A DNA stretch of 64,000 nucleotides. Origin: Gemmatimonadales bacterium. GTDB lineage: Bacteria > Gemmatimonadota > Gemmatimonadetes > Gemmatimonadales > GWC2-71-9. The position numbers and the translations under genes were made by a program. This document shows, in pieces, positions 20,288-29,735 of this stretch. The stretch lies in contig OZ252244.1 in assembly GCA_965249575.1 (NCBI GenBank), positions 1,856,001 through 1,920,000 on the forward strand, given 5' to 3'. The number at the start of each line of letters is the position of its first letter. Within the stretch, counting starts at the first letter, position 1. The notes under the pieces were generated by a model. That model was not told the DNA's origin. It worked only from the letters and a program-made list of their open reading frames with translations, and ran no database searches.

Positions 20288-20425
20288 GTTTCCACACCGG
20301 GAGGGGAAATTTGTGTGACTATATCTCATGTAATCTAGCAAGTGTGAGCAGTAAAGCCAATAATGACAACATACTATGCGTGTGGCCATAGGCGCCACAT
20401 TAAGTGTGGATATCGCGGTGGAAAG
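20288..20425. promoter_or_regulatory. AT-rich intergenic region with DnaA-box-like motifs
   Basis: GTTTCCACA (20288), TGTGGATAT (20405), GGTGGAAAG (20417) and weaker TGTGGCCAT / GGCGCCACA around an AT-rich core. Confidence 0.5.
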
Positions 20426-20438
20426 CCGGATCGCTGAG

Positions 20439-20918
20439 TTAGGTCGTGGCTGACCGGATGGCCGGCACCCGCTCTGCCTTCGCGACTGCTGGGCGCTCGG
20501 TTGCGGCGACTTCGGTCGAGTGGTCCGGAGGGTCCAACGCGTTGGGATTGGCCATCCGAACGTTGCCGTTCACCTCGCCGCCCTCATGGACGACAATGCG
20601 CTGGGTCGTGATGTCACCGTGAATGGTGGAGCTCGCCTGGACCTCCACCCGTTCGTCGGCCAAGATCGACCCCCGCACTTCTCCCCCAACTACCGCCTCC
20701 CGGGTGTATACATCGCCCTCGATCAGGCCCCCTTTGGCAACGAGCACTTGTAGCTCTGCACGTACGGATCCCACGATCTTTCCCTCGATCTTCACAACGC
20801 CATCGGAGGTCAATTCTCCCGTCACGCAGGAACCCGTGGCGATGATTGACAGTGCCGGCTCGGAGCTCTTGGCCGCTTCCCTCGGTCCGTCGCGCCGGGT
20901 CGAATAGCGCTGACTCAT
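20439..20918 (-). CDS. Bactofilin (polymer-forming cytoskeletal protein)
   Basis: SIIATGSCVTGELTSDGVVKIEGKIVG...GDITTQRIVVHEGGEVNG beta-helix repeats. Confidence 0.92.
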   Translation of the reverse strand: MSQRYSTRRDGPREAAKSSEPALSIIATGSCVTGELTSDGVVKIEGKIVGSVRAELQVLVAKGGLIEGDVYTREAVVGGEVRGSILADERVEVQASSTIHGDITTQRIVVHEGGEVNGNVRMANPNALDPPDHSTEVAATERPAVAKAERVPAIRSATT

Positions 20919-20921
20919 TCT

Positions 20922-21707
20922 TCAGGTGTCCTCCTTCACAATGGTTCGCGGGTCGATCGAGCGTCCCCCTCGTCGGACCTCGAAGTGTAGATGCGGAGCA
21001 GTTGACCGCCCGGTGGAACCGGATAACGCAATCACTTGGCCGCTGCCAACTTGCTCGCCTCCCTCGACAAGGATTCTGGATGCGTGGCCGTACATGGTCT
21101 CGTACCCATCCGGATGGCGGATCAAGACGAACAAGCCGTAGTCTGGGTCGCGACCGGTCCGCCCAACCTCGCCACCGCCCGCCGCCCGTATGGGGGTCCC
21201 CATCGGCACGGCAATGTCGATCCCCGGATGCAACTCATCGACACCGCCTTCCCCGGTTTGACCACGCGTCACGACGCCGCGAAGGGGCCAGTACCGGGGA
21301 ACGGACTCACCCGGCTCGTATTTAGTCACGTCCGGCGGGCGGGCCGTTATGGGGTACGCGGCCGGCAGGTCTTCCGCGGTTCGAACCGGCGCGGGAAGGA
21401 CATCCCCACCCAGCATACCGCGAATTTGTGCGTACCGCGTTTCCATTTCAACCAGCCGTTCGGCCAGCCGCCTCACCTCCTCGTTCTCGGCAGTGAGGCG
21501 TCTGATATCCCGACTTAAGACGGGTACGCGGGCTGCAGCCCGGGCGACAGGTCCGTACGAGACCGCGGCCAGGAGTCCGAGGAAGAGCACCACGAGGGCC
21601 GTGAGACTGAGTGTACGGAGCAGCCATACCGGTACTCGATACGACCGCGATTCAACCTGCCCGTCACGGTGTAAGACGATGGTCACCGCGGGCCGGCGAC
21701 GGTTCAT
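20922..21707 (-). CDS. Membrane-anchored M23 family peptidase
   Basis: N-terminal TM and coiled coil; HPGIDIA, YGHAS, STGRSTAPHLHFEV. Confidence 0.93.
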   Translation of the reverse strand: MNRRRPAVTIVLHRDGQVESRSYRVPVWLLRTLSLTALVVLFLGLLAAVSYGPVARAAARVPVLSRDIRRLTAENEEVRRLAERLVEMETRYAQIRGMLGGDVLPAPVRTAEDLPAAYPITARPPDVTKYEPGESVPRYWPLRGVVTRGQTGEGGVDELHPGIDIAVPMGTPIRAAGGGEVGRTGRDPDYGLFVLIRHPDGYETMYGHASRILVEGGEQVGSGQVIALSGSTGRSTAPHLHFEVRRGGRSIDPRTIVKEDT

Positions 21708-22582
21708 CCCTCGAAGCGTTCCCCGAGCACGATCTCGAGCAGGCGGGCGAGGTCGTCGTTGGAGTAGAAGTTGATCGTTATCCGGCCGGATTTCTTTCCT
21801 CGGGTCTTGACGAACACGTCGGTCTTGAGGCGCTCCCTCAACGCGTCCTCCACTCGTCGGACGTCTGGATCGGTCGGCCTCGGCCGCCGAGGTCGGCGCA
21901 CGGGTGCGCGGCCGTCGCGAGCGAACGCCTCGATCTCCCGAACGGACAGGCCACGATCCACACCGAGTTTGGCAGCCCGGCGGATCGAGGGGTCGTCCGG
22001 GAGCTGCAGGAGTGCCCGGGCGTGACCACTCGAGAGCCGCCCGGCGTAAACCATCTCCTGCACGTCTTCAGGAAGTTTCAGTAGGCGAAGCGCATTGGCC
22101 ACCGTTGATCTGTCGCGGCTCGTAATCTCGGCCACTTCGCTCTGCGACGCCCCGAACTCGCTCATCAAGCGCGCGTAGCCTCTTGCCTCGTCGATGGGGG
22201 ACAGGTCGTCGCGCTGGAGATTCTCGACGAGGGCGAGGGTGAGAAGCGTTCGATCGTCAACATCGCGAACGACCGCGCTGATCTCCTTCCACCCGAGGCG
22301 CTGGGCCGCGCGCCATCGTCGCTCGCCGGCGATCAATTCAAACGTCGCATCCGCGGCGGAGCGCACCACGATTGGCTGCAGTAGTCCGGAGCTGTCGAGG
22401 GATTGAGTCAGCTCGCTCAGCGCTGATTCGTCGAGAGCCCGTCGTGGCTGGTAGGGATTCGCGCGGATTGCGGTGATGTCGATTTGCACCAGGGAACCAT
22501 CCGCACGTGCCTCTGCCGTTGACGGCCCAAGCAGCGCTTCGAGTCCGCGGCCCAACCGCCGTCGCTGGCCGGTCTCAGTCAC
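21704..22582 (-). CDS. parB: Chromosome partitioning protein ParB
   Basis: [52 protein letters not shown]. Confidence 0.96.
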   Translation of the reverse strand: MTETGQRRRLGRGLEALLGPSTAEARADGSLVQIDITAIRANPYQPRRALDESALSELTQSLDSSGLLQPIVVRSAADATFELIAGERRWRAAQRLGWKEISAVVRDVDDRTLLTLALVENLQRDDLSPIDEARGYARLMSEFGASQSEVAEITSRDRSTVANALRLLKLPEDVQEMVYAGRLSSGHARALLQLPDDPSIRRAAKLGVDRGLSVREIEAFARDGRAPVRRPRRPRPTDPDVRRVEDALRERLKTDVFVKTRGKKSGRITINFYSNDDLARLLEIVLGERFEG

Positions 22583-23397
22583 GCTGGGACCTTGCCAGCG
22601 GAATCCACGTCTGCTTGGATGAGGCCGGATGTGCGAACGCGCCGGATGACCTCCTGAGCCAAGGCCAGGTAGCTCTTCGCCCCGATGGATTGCACGTCGT
22701 ACAGCAGGATGGGGCGGCCGAAGCTCGGCGCCTCAGCGAGGCGAACGTTTCGTGGGATGACACTGCGAAACATCTGTGGTCCGAAGTACTCCTGCGCTTC
22801 CGCGGCGACCTGACGCGAGAGATTCAATCTCGCATCGTACATCGTCAGCAGGACGCCTTCGATGGCCAACTGTGCATTGAAGTTCTGTTGAACGAGCTTC
22901 ACCGTATTGAGGAGTTGCGAGAGTCCCTCGAGCGCGTAGTACTCGCACTGTATCGGAATCAGCACGGAGTCCGCTGCCGTGAGCATGTTGAGGGTCAGGA
23001 GGCCCAGCGACGGCGGGCAATCGATTAGCACGTAGTCGTAGTCATCTCGCACCGGAGCTAACGTACGCCGCATCACCGATTCCCTGCCGTTGCGGTTGAC
23101 GAGCTCGATCTCCGCACCGACCAAGTCTTCGCTCGCTGGAATGACGTCGAGGGACGAGAAGTTCACTCCTCGCTTCGCGACCGCATTGATGCTGAAATCA
23201 TCCATGATGGCATCGTAGAGGGATGCCGAAAGGCTGCAACGCTCAAGCCCAACTCCGCTGGTTGCGTTGGCCTGTGGATCGGCGTCGATCAAAAGCGTAC
23301 GCTGTTCCGCGGCGGCTAGGGACGCTGCCAGGTTTACGGCTGTGGTAGTCTTGCCTACCCCGCCCTTTTGGTTCGCGATGGTGATGACTCTGGCCAT
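22579..23397 (-). CDS. parA: Chromosome partitioning ATPase ParA/Soj
   Basis: [44 protein letters not shown]. Confidence 0.96.
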   Translation of the reverse strand: MARVITIANQKGGVGKTTTAVNLAASLAAAEQRTLLIDADPQANATSGVGLERCSLSASLYDAIMDDFSINAVAKRGVNFSSLDVIPASEDLVGAEIELVNRNGRESVMRRTLAPVRDDYDYVLIDCPPSLGLLTLNMLTAADSVLIPIQCEYYALEGLSQLLNTVKLVQQNFNAQLAIEGVLLTMYDARLNLSRQVAAEAQEYFGPQMFRSVIPRNVRLAEAPSFGRPILLYDVQSIGAKSYLALAQEVIRRVRTSGLIQADVDSAGKVPA

Positions 23398-23427
23398 CAA
23401 AACCCCTCTAAGTCACCTTAACTAACT

Positions 23428-23433
23428 ATTATA
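23428..23433 (-). promoter_or_regulatory. Consensus -10 box upstream of parA
   Basis: TATAAT on the minus strand about 30 bp before the start, inside the AT-rich near-palindrome CTAACTATTATACAATAAGTTAG; no convincing -35. Confidence 0.5.
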
Positions 23434-23536
23434 CAATAAGTTAGGAATACTAAACTTGCTGGGTCCCTGTTCACCAAACCCCTACCAATGCGAATATAGG
23501 GCAATCGAGTCCCTGCGTAAAGAACCGAAAGACATC

Positions 23537-23552
23537 CGTTTCACGTGAAACC
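23537..23552. promoter_or_regulatory. parS site 1
   Basis: CGTTTCACGTGAAACC versus consensus TGTTTCACGTGAAACA; perfect 14-bp palindromic core. Confidence 0.92.
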
Positions 23553-23581
23553 CGGGAAGATCGTCCGGCATTGGTTCGGGA

Positions 23582-23597
23582 TGTTTCACGTGAAACG
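23582..23597. promoter_or_regulatory. parS site 2
   Basis: TGTTTCACGTGAAACG, 15/16 match to consensus. Confidence 0.94.
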
Positions 23598-23693
23598 CTG
23601 GGAACCGCTCCGACTTCGAGCGTCGGAAACACGACTCAGCCGGCCTTGGTGTAGTGCTCCGGGAGAGTGCCCTCCGGAGAGGGCGGGGTCCTT

Positions 23694-25562
23694 TTATGCC
23701 GCTGCCCGACGGCGGGTCACCTCGAGCACGAGGTTTTGGAGGTCGCTGGGAGATACCCCCGGGACCCTACCAGCCTGAGCCAGTGAGGCGGGCTTGACAC
23801 GGTCGAGCTTCTGGCGAGCCTCTGTACTCAAACTCGAGAGTTCGGCGTAGGGCAGGTCGCGCGGTAAGCGGAAGTCCGCAAGCTCAGACAGCTTCCGGGC
23901 AGACTCTCGCTCTCTCGCAAGATAACCGGCGTACTTGAGCTCAATCTCGACCCCCATCCAAACATCGTCCCCATACGTGGGCATGGAGCCCGCTGACTCG
24001 ATCAGGTCTCGCAGTGGAACTCGTGGTCGCTTGACCAGAGCCGCTAGCTGCGTGGGCTCAGCAACCTCCCGCTCGCCGGCCATTCGCAGTACAGGATTGG
24101 CCGAATCGCGGCTCATCGTTGTGGATTCAACGATCGCGAGGAGCTCCTGCTCCTGGGAGCTTCGTTCGTCGAGCGCCTCCCGCTCGCCGTCGCTGAGCAT
24201 CCCCAGCCGGTCTGCGAGAGGGCCCAGACGCTTGGCGGCATTGTCCTGCCGAAGCAGAAGTCGAAACTCGGATCTCGAGGTGAAGAGTCTGTACGGCTCA
24301 TCGACACCGCGCGAGACCAAATCATCTACCAAAACGCCGATGTATCCGTCGTCCCGCCCCAAAACGACTGGCTCCTGGCCGCGCACTCGGCGAACCGCGT
24401 TGATGCCGGCCACCAACCCCTGGGCCGCAGCCTCCTCGTACCCCGTGGTGCCGTTGATCTGCCCAGCGAAGAACAAGTGCTCAACAGCCTTCAGCTCTAG
24501 CCAGGGCGTGAGCTGTTGCGGCTGATAGTAATCGTACTCGATTGCGTACCCGTGCCTCGTCATTCTTACGTCCCCGAGCCCCGGGATCGCTCGCAATACC
24601 TCCAGCTGAACTTCGACGGGCAGGGAGGTGGACAGGCCATTCACATACATCTCGCTCGTGCCTAGGCCCTCGGGCTCGAGAAACAGTTGGTGTCGATCCG
24701 CCTCCGGAAACCGTACGATCTTGTCCTCGATCGACGGGCAGTATCGCGGCCCGCGCCCGGAGATCGCGCCCCCGAACAGCGCCGACCGGCCCATGTGACG
24801 CTCGATGATCCGGTGCGCCTTCGCGTCAGTCCACGTTATCCAACATGGTCGCTGCTCGACCCGAGGAGCCCGCTCGAAGCAAGAAAAGCGGTAGGAATCC
24901 ATCTCACCGTCTTGCCTCCGTAGCTGCCCGCGATCTATGCTCCGGCCGTCGATGCGTGGAGGGGTGCCGGTCTTGAACCGCGCGACCCCCAGCCCCATCG
25001 CTTCCAGCTGCTCGGCAATCTCAATGGACGCCGGATCCCCAGCGCGTCCACCCTCGACCGTATCGCCGGTCCCTACGTGTATTCGCCCCCGCAAGAACGT
25101 CCCGGCGGTGAGGACCACGGCATTTGCTTTGAGCACCCGCCCATCACGCGTGCGAACCCCCGCGACTCTAGCGCCATCTAATGTCAGTGTCGCGACAGTT
25201 GCCTGACAGAACCTCAGATTCCCATGGCTCTCGAGGACTGCCCGGACCGCCGACCGATACAGGGCGCGGTCACACTGGGCGCGAGGGGCCCACACCGCCG
25301 GGCCCTTAGAGCGATTGAGCATCCGGAATTGAATCGTGGCACGGTCTGCGGCCCGGGACATCACGCCCCCAAAAGCGTCTACTTCCCGGACAACCGTTCC
25401 CTTTGCAATGCCGCCGATCGCGGGATTACATGACATCTGCCCAATCGTCTCGAGATTCGACGTGACGAGCAGAGTTCGCGCCCCCAGCCGAGCGGCTGCG
25501 CACGCCGCCTCAGCACCGGCGTGGCCTCCACCGATGACCAGCACATCCCACGTCGTGTCCAT
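23694..25562 (-). CDS. mnmG: tRNA uridine-5-carboxymethylaminomethyl(34) synthesis enzyme
   Basis: GGGHAG, MSCNPAIGGIAKG, KTGTPPR, GPRYCPSIEDK, GQINGTTGYEEAAAQG. Confidence 0.97.
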   Translation of the reverse strand: MDTTWDVLVIGGGHAGAEAACAAARLGARTLLVTSNLETIGQMSCNPAIGGIAKGTVVREVDAFGGVMSRAADRATIQFRMLNRSKGPAVWAPRAQCDRALYRSAVRAVLESHGNLRFCQATVATLTLDGARVAGVRTRDGRVLKANAVVLTAGTFLRGRIHVGTGDTVEGGRAGDPASIEIAEQLEAMGLGVARFKTGTPPRIDGRSIDRGQLRRQDGEMDSYRFSCFERAPRVEQRPCWITWTDAKAHRIIERHMGRSALFGGAISGRGPRYCPSIEDKIVRFPEADRHQLFLEPEGLGTSEMYVNGLSTSLPVEVQLEVLRAIPGLGDVRMTRHGYAIEYDYYQPQQLTPWLELKAVEHLFFAGQINGTTGYEEAAAQGLVAGINAVRRVRGQEPVVLGRDDGYIGVLVDDLVSRGVDEPYRLFTSRSEFRLLLRQDNAAKRLGPLADRLGMLSDGEREALDERSSQEQELLAIVESTTMSRDSANPVLRMAGEREVAEPTQLAALVKRPRVPLRDLIESAGSMPTYGDDVWMGVEIELKYAGYLARERESARKLSELADFRLPRDLPYAELSSLSTEARQKLDRVKPASLAQAGRVPGVSPSDLQNLVLEVTRRRAAA

Positions 25563-25733
25563 GCGGGAATAATATCGTGAGTTGGGTCGCTGTGGGATGG
25601 CGGGGCCGGGACCTTCCCCCGCCGTGAGTCACCGCTTCCCCTTACACCTCTTCTGTGCCTCTTCGGAAACGGCGCGGCGGCACAGTTCCGAACGTCCTCG
25701 ATAACGCTTTCTGTTCGGCGCCTTCTTCACTCG

Positions 25734-27009
25734 TCACCCCGAGTAAACCCACCTAGCGATCTCTCGCAGTCCCGGCCGCTTCCCATACATCAGGATGCCA
25801 ACTCGAAAAATGCGAGCGGCGAGCCACACGACGGCCAATAGCGTCACGACCAACAGTGCGAGCGACAAGAACAGCTCCGAGACTGGAATCGGCGCCGCAG
25901 CCCACCGCACCGGCATCGCGATCGGGGAGCAGAACGGGACGAGCGACAGCGCTACCGCGAGTGACCCGCCCGGGTCGTTCAAGATTCCAACGATGAGCAC
26001 TGACGGCAGAACCAGAAGTCCGACCACGGGCGTCTGGGCTTGCCTGGCCTCCGCCTCGCTGCTCGACATCGCCGCTACCGCCGCAAACAAAGCAGCGTAC
26101 AGAAAGTACCCGAGGACGAAATAAGCGAGGAACACGAATACCGTCATCGACGATACGTGTGGTAGTCGAAACCCAGCCAACGCCCCAGGAGAACCCCCCG
26201 CCAGCTTCAGCAATGACTCCTGCTGCTGTAGGAACACAGCCCCAAAAACTCCCCAGATCGTCAGCTGGAACAATCCGACCGCACCCACGCCCACGATCTT
26301 GCCTGCGAGCAGCTCGAACGGTCGGAGACTCGAAATCAACACCTCGATAATGCGGGAGGTCTTCTCTTCCACTACCGAGCCCATCACGCTCACTCCGTAG
26401 ACCAATATCGCCATGTACAGGACCAGCCACATGATGGACGCCAGAATGAACGCCCCAAAACCCGACTCGTCCGTCCCTCCACTGGCGGTGACTTTCATAG
26501 TGGACAACCGTACCGGGATTTGCGCACGTCGCACGACCGAGGCGTCGACCCCCTCTCGCGTGAGTCTCTCCGTGAGGACTGCCTCTTCGAGATACGTCGA
26601 GAGCAGCTGCATGTCCCTGATGGACGAGACGTTCGAGCCCCGGTACTCGAATTTTGCCGTCGAGTACGCTCGCGTCAGAGACGATCACAAAACCGTCGAG
26701 CGCGTCCACTCCCACGAGTGCCGTCAGCGAATCGGCCACGATTTCCAAATCCACAGGCTCGGCACCTACTCGCGTCGCGCGCACTGGTTCCGATCGGTCC
26801 AGCTCCTCCGCGATACGCACACCGAAGCGCGTTGTCGAAACGTCTAGCACGCCGATCGACCGCTCGCTCGCGCCTCCGCCCGCGAGCAGCAGTGGCGCGA
26901 CGAGTAAACCGACCATGATGAAGGGACCAAGCAACGTCGAGATTATGAACCACCGGGTTTGCACGCGCTCCAGAAATTCCCGCCGCATCACCACCCAGGT
27001 CTTACGCAT
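25734..27009 (-). pseudogene. ABC-2 / NatB-like permease split by one frameshift (or sequencing error)
   Basis: MRKTWVVMRREFLERV... joins FEYRGSNVSSIRDMQ...EEKTSRIIEVL... if one base is removed at about 26650-26655. Confidence 0.8.
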
Positions 27010-27964
27010 CGGCCTCCCCGCCACCCACCACCAATTCGGGTTCTTGATTGGCCCCTACCTTGTCCAGAAAGATTTTGTGCAGGGAGGGCTCTCTGATCTC
27101 GAAACGGGTCAGCGTAACGCCGGAATTTACGAGATTGCGCAGAAGCTCCTGGGGATCAATGCCTTCCCGGAGTTCGAGCTCGGCGTAACCACCGTACGTG
27201 TCTGTCTTACTCACCACCGAGCGATCCGATAGGATCGACTCGATTCCAGACACCCCCCCTTCAACGGCCAGCGCTACGTGAGTACCGTGATAGGACCCCT
27301 TGACCTCGCTCAGCCTCCCGTCCACCACCTTCGCGCCCGCCGCTATGATGCAAACTGAGTCGCAGAGCCGCTCGGCCTGTTCCATTATGTGAGTCGAGAA
27401 CAGAATCGTCGTGCCCCCTCGTGCGAGGCCGAGCACAGTGTCTTTGAGAACTTGCGTGTTGACCGGGTCCAAGCCGGCAAACGCCTCGTCGAGAATCACG
27501 AGTTGGGGCTCGTGCAGCACGGTTGAGATGAACTGCACCTTTTGCTGCATGCCCTTAGAGAGCTCGTCGACCCTCCTGCGCCCCCACGCGCCCAAGTCAA
27601 GCTGCTCGAGCCACCCGAGCGCCCCCTTCCGAGCCCGCCTTCGCTCCATACCCTTGGCCTCAGCGAGAAAGACTAGGAGATCAACCACTTTCATCTTGCG
27701 GTAGAGGCCGCGCTCCTCAGGCAGGTAACCGATTTGCGTACTCATCGCCCTTCCGGAGTTCGCCTGGCCAAAAACCACCACCGACCCTTCGTCCGGCACG
27801 AAGATGTTCAGTATCATTCGCAGCGTGGTTGTCTTCCCCGCACCGTTCGGCCCGAGGAGTCCGTATATGGAACCGCGTGGCACTCGGAGGGACAGGTTTC
27901 TGACTGCTGTGTGTCCGGAAAACCGTTTCGTCACGCCCGCAAGCTCAACGGCTGGCTCGTTCAT
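27002..27964 (-). CDS. ABC transporter ATP-binding protein
   Basis: GPNGAGKTT, LSKGMQQ, ILDEAFAGLDP, STH; C-terminal EPSLHKIFL. Confidence 0.95.
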   Translation of the reverse strand: MNEPAVELAGVTKRFSGHTAVRNLSLRVPRGSIYGLLGPNGAGKTTTLRMILNIFVPDEGSVVVFGQANSGRAMSTQIGYLPEERGLYRKMKVVDLLVFLAEAKGMERRRARKGALGWLEQLDLGAWGRRRVDELSKGMQQKVQFISTVLHEPQLVILDEAFAGLDPVNTQVLKDTVLGLARGGTTILFSTHIMEQAERLCDSVCIIAAGAKVVDGRLSEVKGSYHGTHVALAVEGGVSGIESILSDRSVVSKTDTYGGYAELELREGIDPQELLRNLVNSGVTLTRFEIREPSLHKIFLDKVGANQEPELVVGGGEADA

Positions 27965-28290
27965 CAGAGGCCGATCATTGGATCGCTTGATATCATCGTC
28001 CTGTGTACCAGCATAGAGATGGGAATAGATATACCATCGGCCGACCCTCCGACAGCGGCCCGCCCTGGCGCACTATCACCCGAGCCCGCTCCACCCATTC
28101 GAGATCTCAGGAACAAAACCGCAGGCATTCCTGTTCTCCCTTTGAGCGAGACATGGTATTGACCTATCGGTCCGAGGCACCTGGATTGGATGCCCCGACG
28201 AGGTTCACCGACGTCGCGCCGACGCAACTCGGCAAGACGGAAAGGCGCTCTGGAGGCCTCGCCCGAACCCACTTCTGGAGGTAACACCCG

Positions 28291-28932
28291 GTGCTCGACG
28301 ACCGGTTCGCCGCACGGCTCAAGCGCTTGGCTGCCAGGCTAGAAACCCCACCCGGCCTTCGGGACCTGGTGCTACAAGCCGTTGCAGCTGATGGCGTTAC
28401 ACAATTACGGCCGGCCTTTGCGCGCCGCCGCGCGCTGGGGTGGGCCGGAGCGGTCCTGGCGGCCGCAGCCAGCCTGACGCTCTTCCTCAATTCACGGGGA
28501 CCTTCGGATGATTTCGCGCTTCCGTTCGTCGAGGCTGCACGAGGCGGCCTGTCGGCCGGAGACCGGGGACTCGCTGCGGCCGACTCGCTCCAGCTGGCCG
28601 ACTGGTTCGCCCCGCGCCTTGGCTATCAGGTGGGCATCCCGGCGATTGCCGGTGCTCAGCTCATGGGCGGTAGGGTCGCACTGGTAAGCGAAGTAGAGGC
28701 TGCAGTCGTCCTGTACCAGCTCAACGGCGAGGACCTGACCTATTTCGCCTTGCCGACACCCGAGGTCAGGAACGTACGCGTATCAGACGACTCCCAGCTG
28801 GCCGCTGGGATCGAGAACTATGAAGTCGTGATCTGGGGGGAGCGCGGTGAAGCCCGCGCGCTTGCCGCCGCTGCCATTTCCCGGACGCGCCTCGAGGCAA
28901 TCGCCGAGGAGTGTCGCCGGGCCTCGCTCTAA
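28291..28932 (+). CDS. Transmembrane anti-sigma-factor-like protein, N-terminally truncated
   Basis: PPGLRDLV, TM WAGAVLAAAASLTLFL, WF..RLGY...P...GAQLMGGRV, AAVVLYQ; no zinc-finger N-terminus; in-frame TAA at 28282. Confidence 0.6.
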   Translation: MLDDRFAARLKRLAARLETPPGLRDLVLQAVAADGVTQLRPAFARRRALGWAGAVLAAAASLTLFLNSRGPSDDFALPFVEAARGGLSAGDRGLAAADSLQLADWFAPRLGYQVGIPAIAGAQLMGGRVALVSEVEAAVVLYQLNGEDLTYFALPTPEVRNVRVSDDSQLAAGIENYEVVIWGERGEARALAAAAISRTRLEAIAEECRRASL

Positions 28933-29264
28933 GCGGCACCCTGAGGCGGACCGACCCACACCTCCCCTTTCTCGATCCGCACCTCAAAGGTCGGCAGTGT
29001 TTCATCTGCGGGCTCCGCCAGGACTCGCCCATCCCGCACGTCGAACTGCGCGCCGTGCAGCGCGCACTCAATGACGTGGTCCTCTACCATCTCGCCGTCG
29101 GATAACGGGAACTCAGCGTGCGTGCACCGGTCGCTCATCGCATAGACGCTGTCTCCCACACGCACCAGGCAAACCGACTCCCCACTTTCGAGCTCCGCAG
29201 CCGTGATAGTTCCATCTTGCAACTCGGAGAGCGACGCTACCCGCTCAAATCCAGGTTCGGGCAT
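28929..29264 (-). CDS. Rieske [2Fe-2S] ferredoxin
   Basis: CTHAEFPL, CALHGAQFD. Confidence 0.93.
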   Translation of the reverse strand: MPEPGFERVASLSELQDGTITAAELESGESVCLVRVGDSVYAMSDRCTHAEFPLSDGEMVEDHVIECALHGAQFDVRDGRVLAEPADETLPTFEVRIEKGEVWVGPPQGAA

Positions 29265-29282
29265 TCAGATGACTCCCCGGTG

Positions 29283-29735
29283 TTACTCGGTGGAAACCGG
29301 CTCCGCGGCGCTCTCGAGCGCCGCGCGAAGGGTATGCCACGGAAGGCTAGCACACTTGACGCGCACGGGGAATTCCCGAACCCCCGCGAAGACCGCCAAC
29401 TTCCCGAGCGACGTCTCATCGGCTGTCGCCCCCTCGCTCCCGGTTACGAGTCTGTGAAAACTCTGGAACAGTCGCTCTGCCTCCCCCGTGGATTTCCCCT
29501 TCACGGCCGCCGTCATGAGTGAGGCTGAGGCCTTGGAGATGGCACAGCCTGATCCCTGGAAGGACACATCCTTCACGGTATCGTCTTCAACGAGCACATA
29601 GACGGTGATCTCGTCTCCGCAGAGTGGATTGCTGCCCTCCGCGGATCGATTGGCGCCCTCCACTCTTCGGAAGTTGCGGGCGCTGCGATTGTGATCGAGG
29701 ATGATTTGCTGGTACAGGTCCCGGAGCTCACCCAT
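29283..29735 (-). CDS. sufU: SUF system NifU-family protein
   Basis: LYQQIILDH, NPLCGD, GCAISKAS, RVKCASLPW. Confidence 0.93.
   Translation of the reverse strand: MGELRDLYQQIILDHNRSARNFRRVEGANRSAEGSNPLCGDEITVYVLVEDDTVKDVSFQGSGCAISKASASLMTAAVKGKSTGEAERLFQSFHRLVTGSEGATADETSLGKLAVFAGVREFPVRVKCASLPWHTLRAALESAAEPVSTE

Noticed and set aside
23419..23446. dif-like site (central TATACA)
   Set aside because: Arms match XerC/XerD sites poorly, it lies near the origin, and a parA -10 box explains it better.
25629..25730. 33-aa basic ORF (VKKAPNRKRYRG...) upstream of mnmG
   Set aside because: No clear Shine-Dalgarno and no recognisable motif; chance ORFs of this size are common at high GC.
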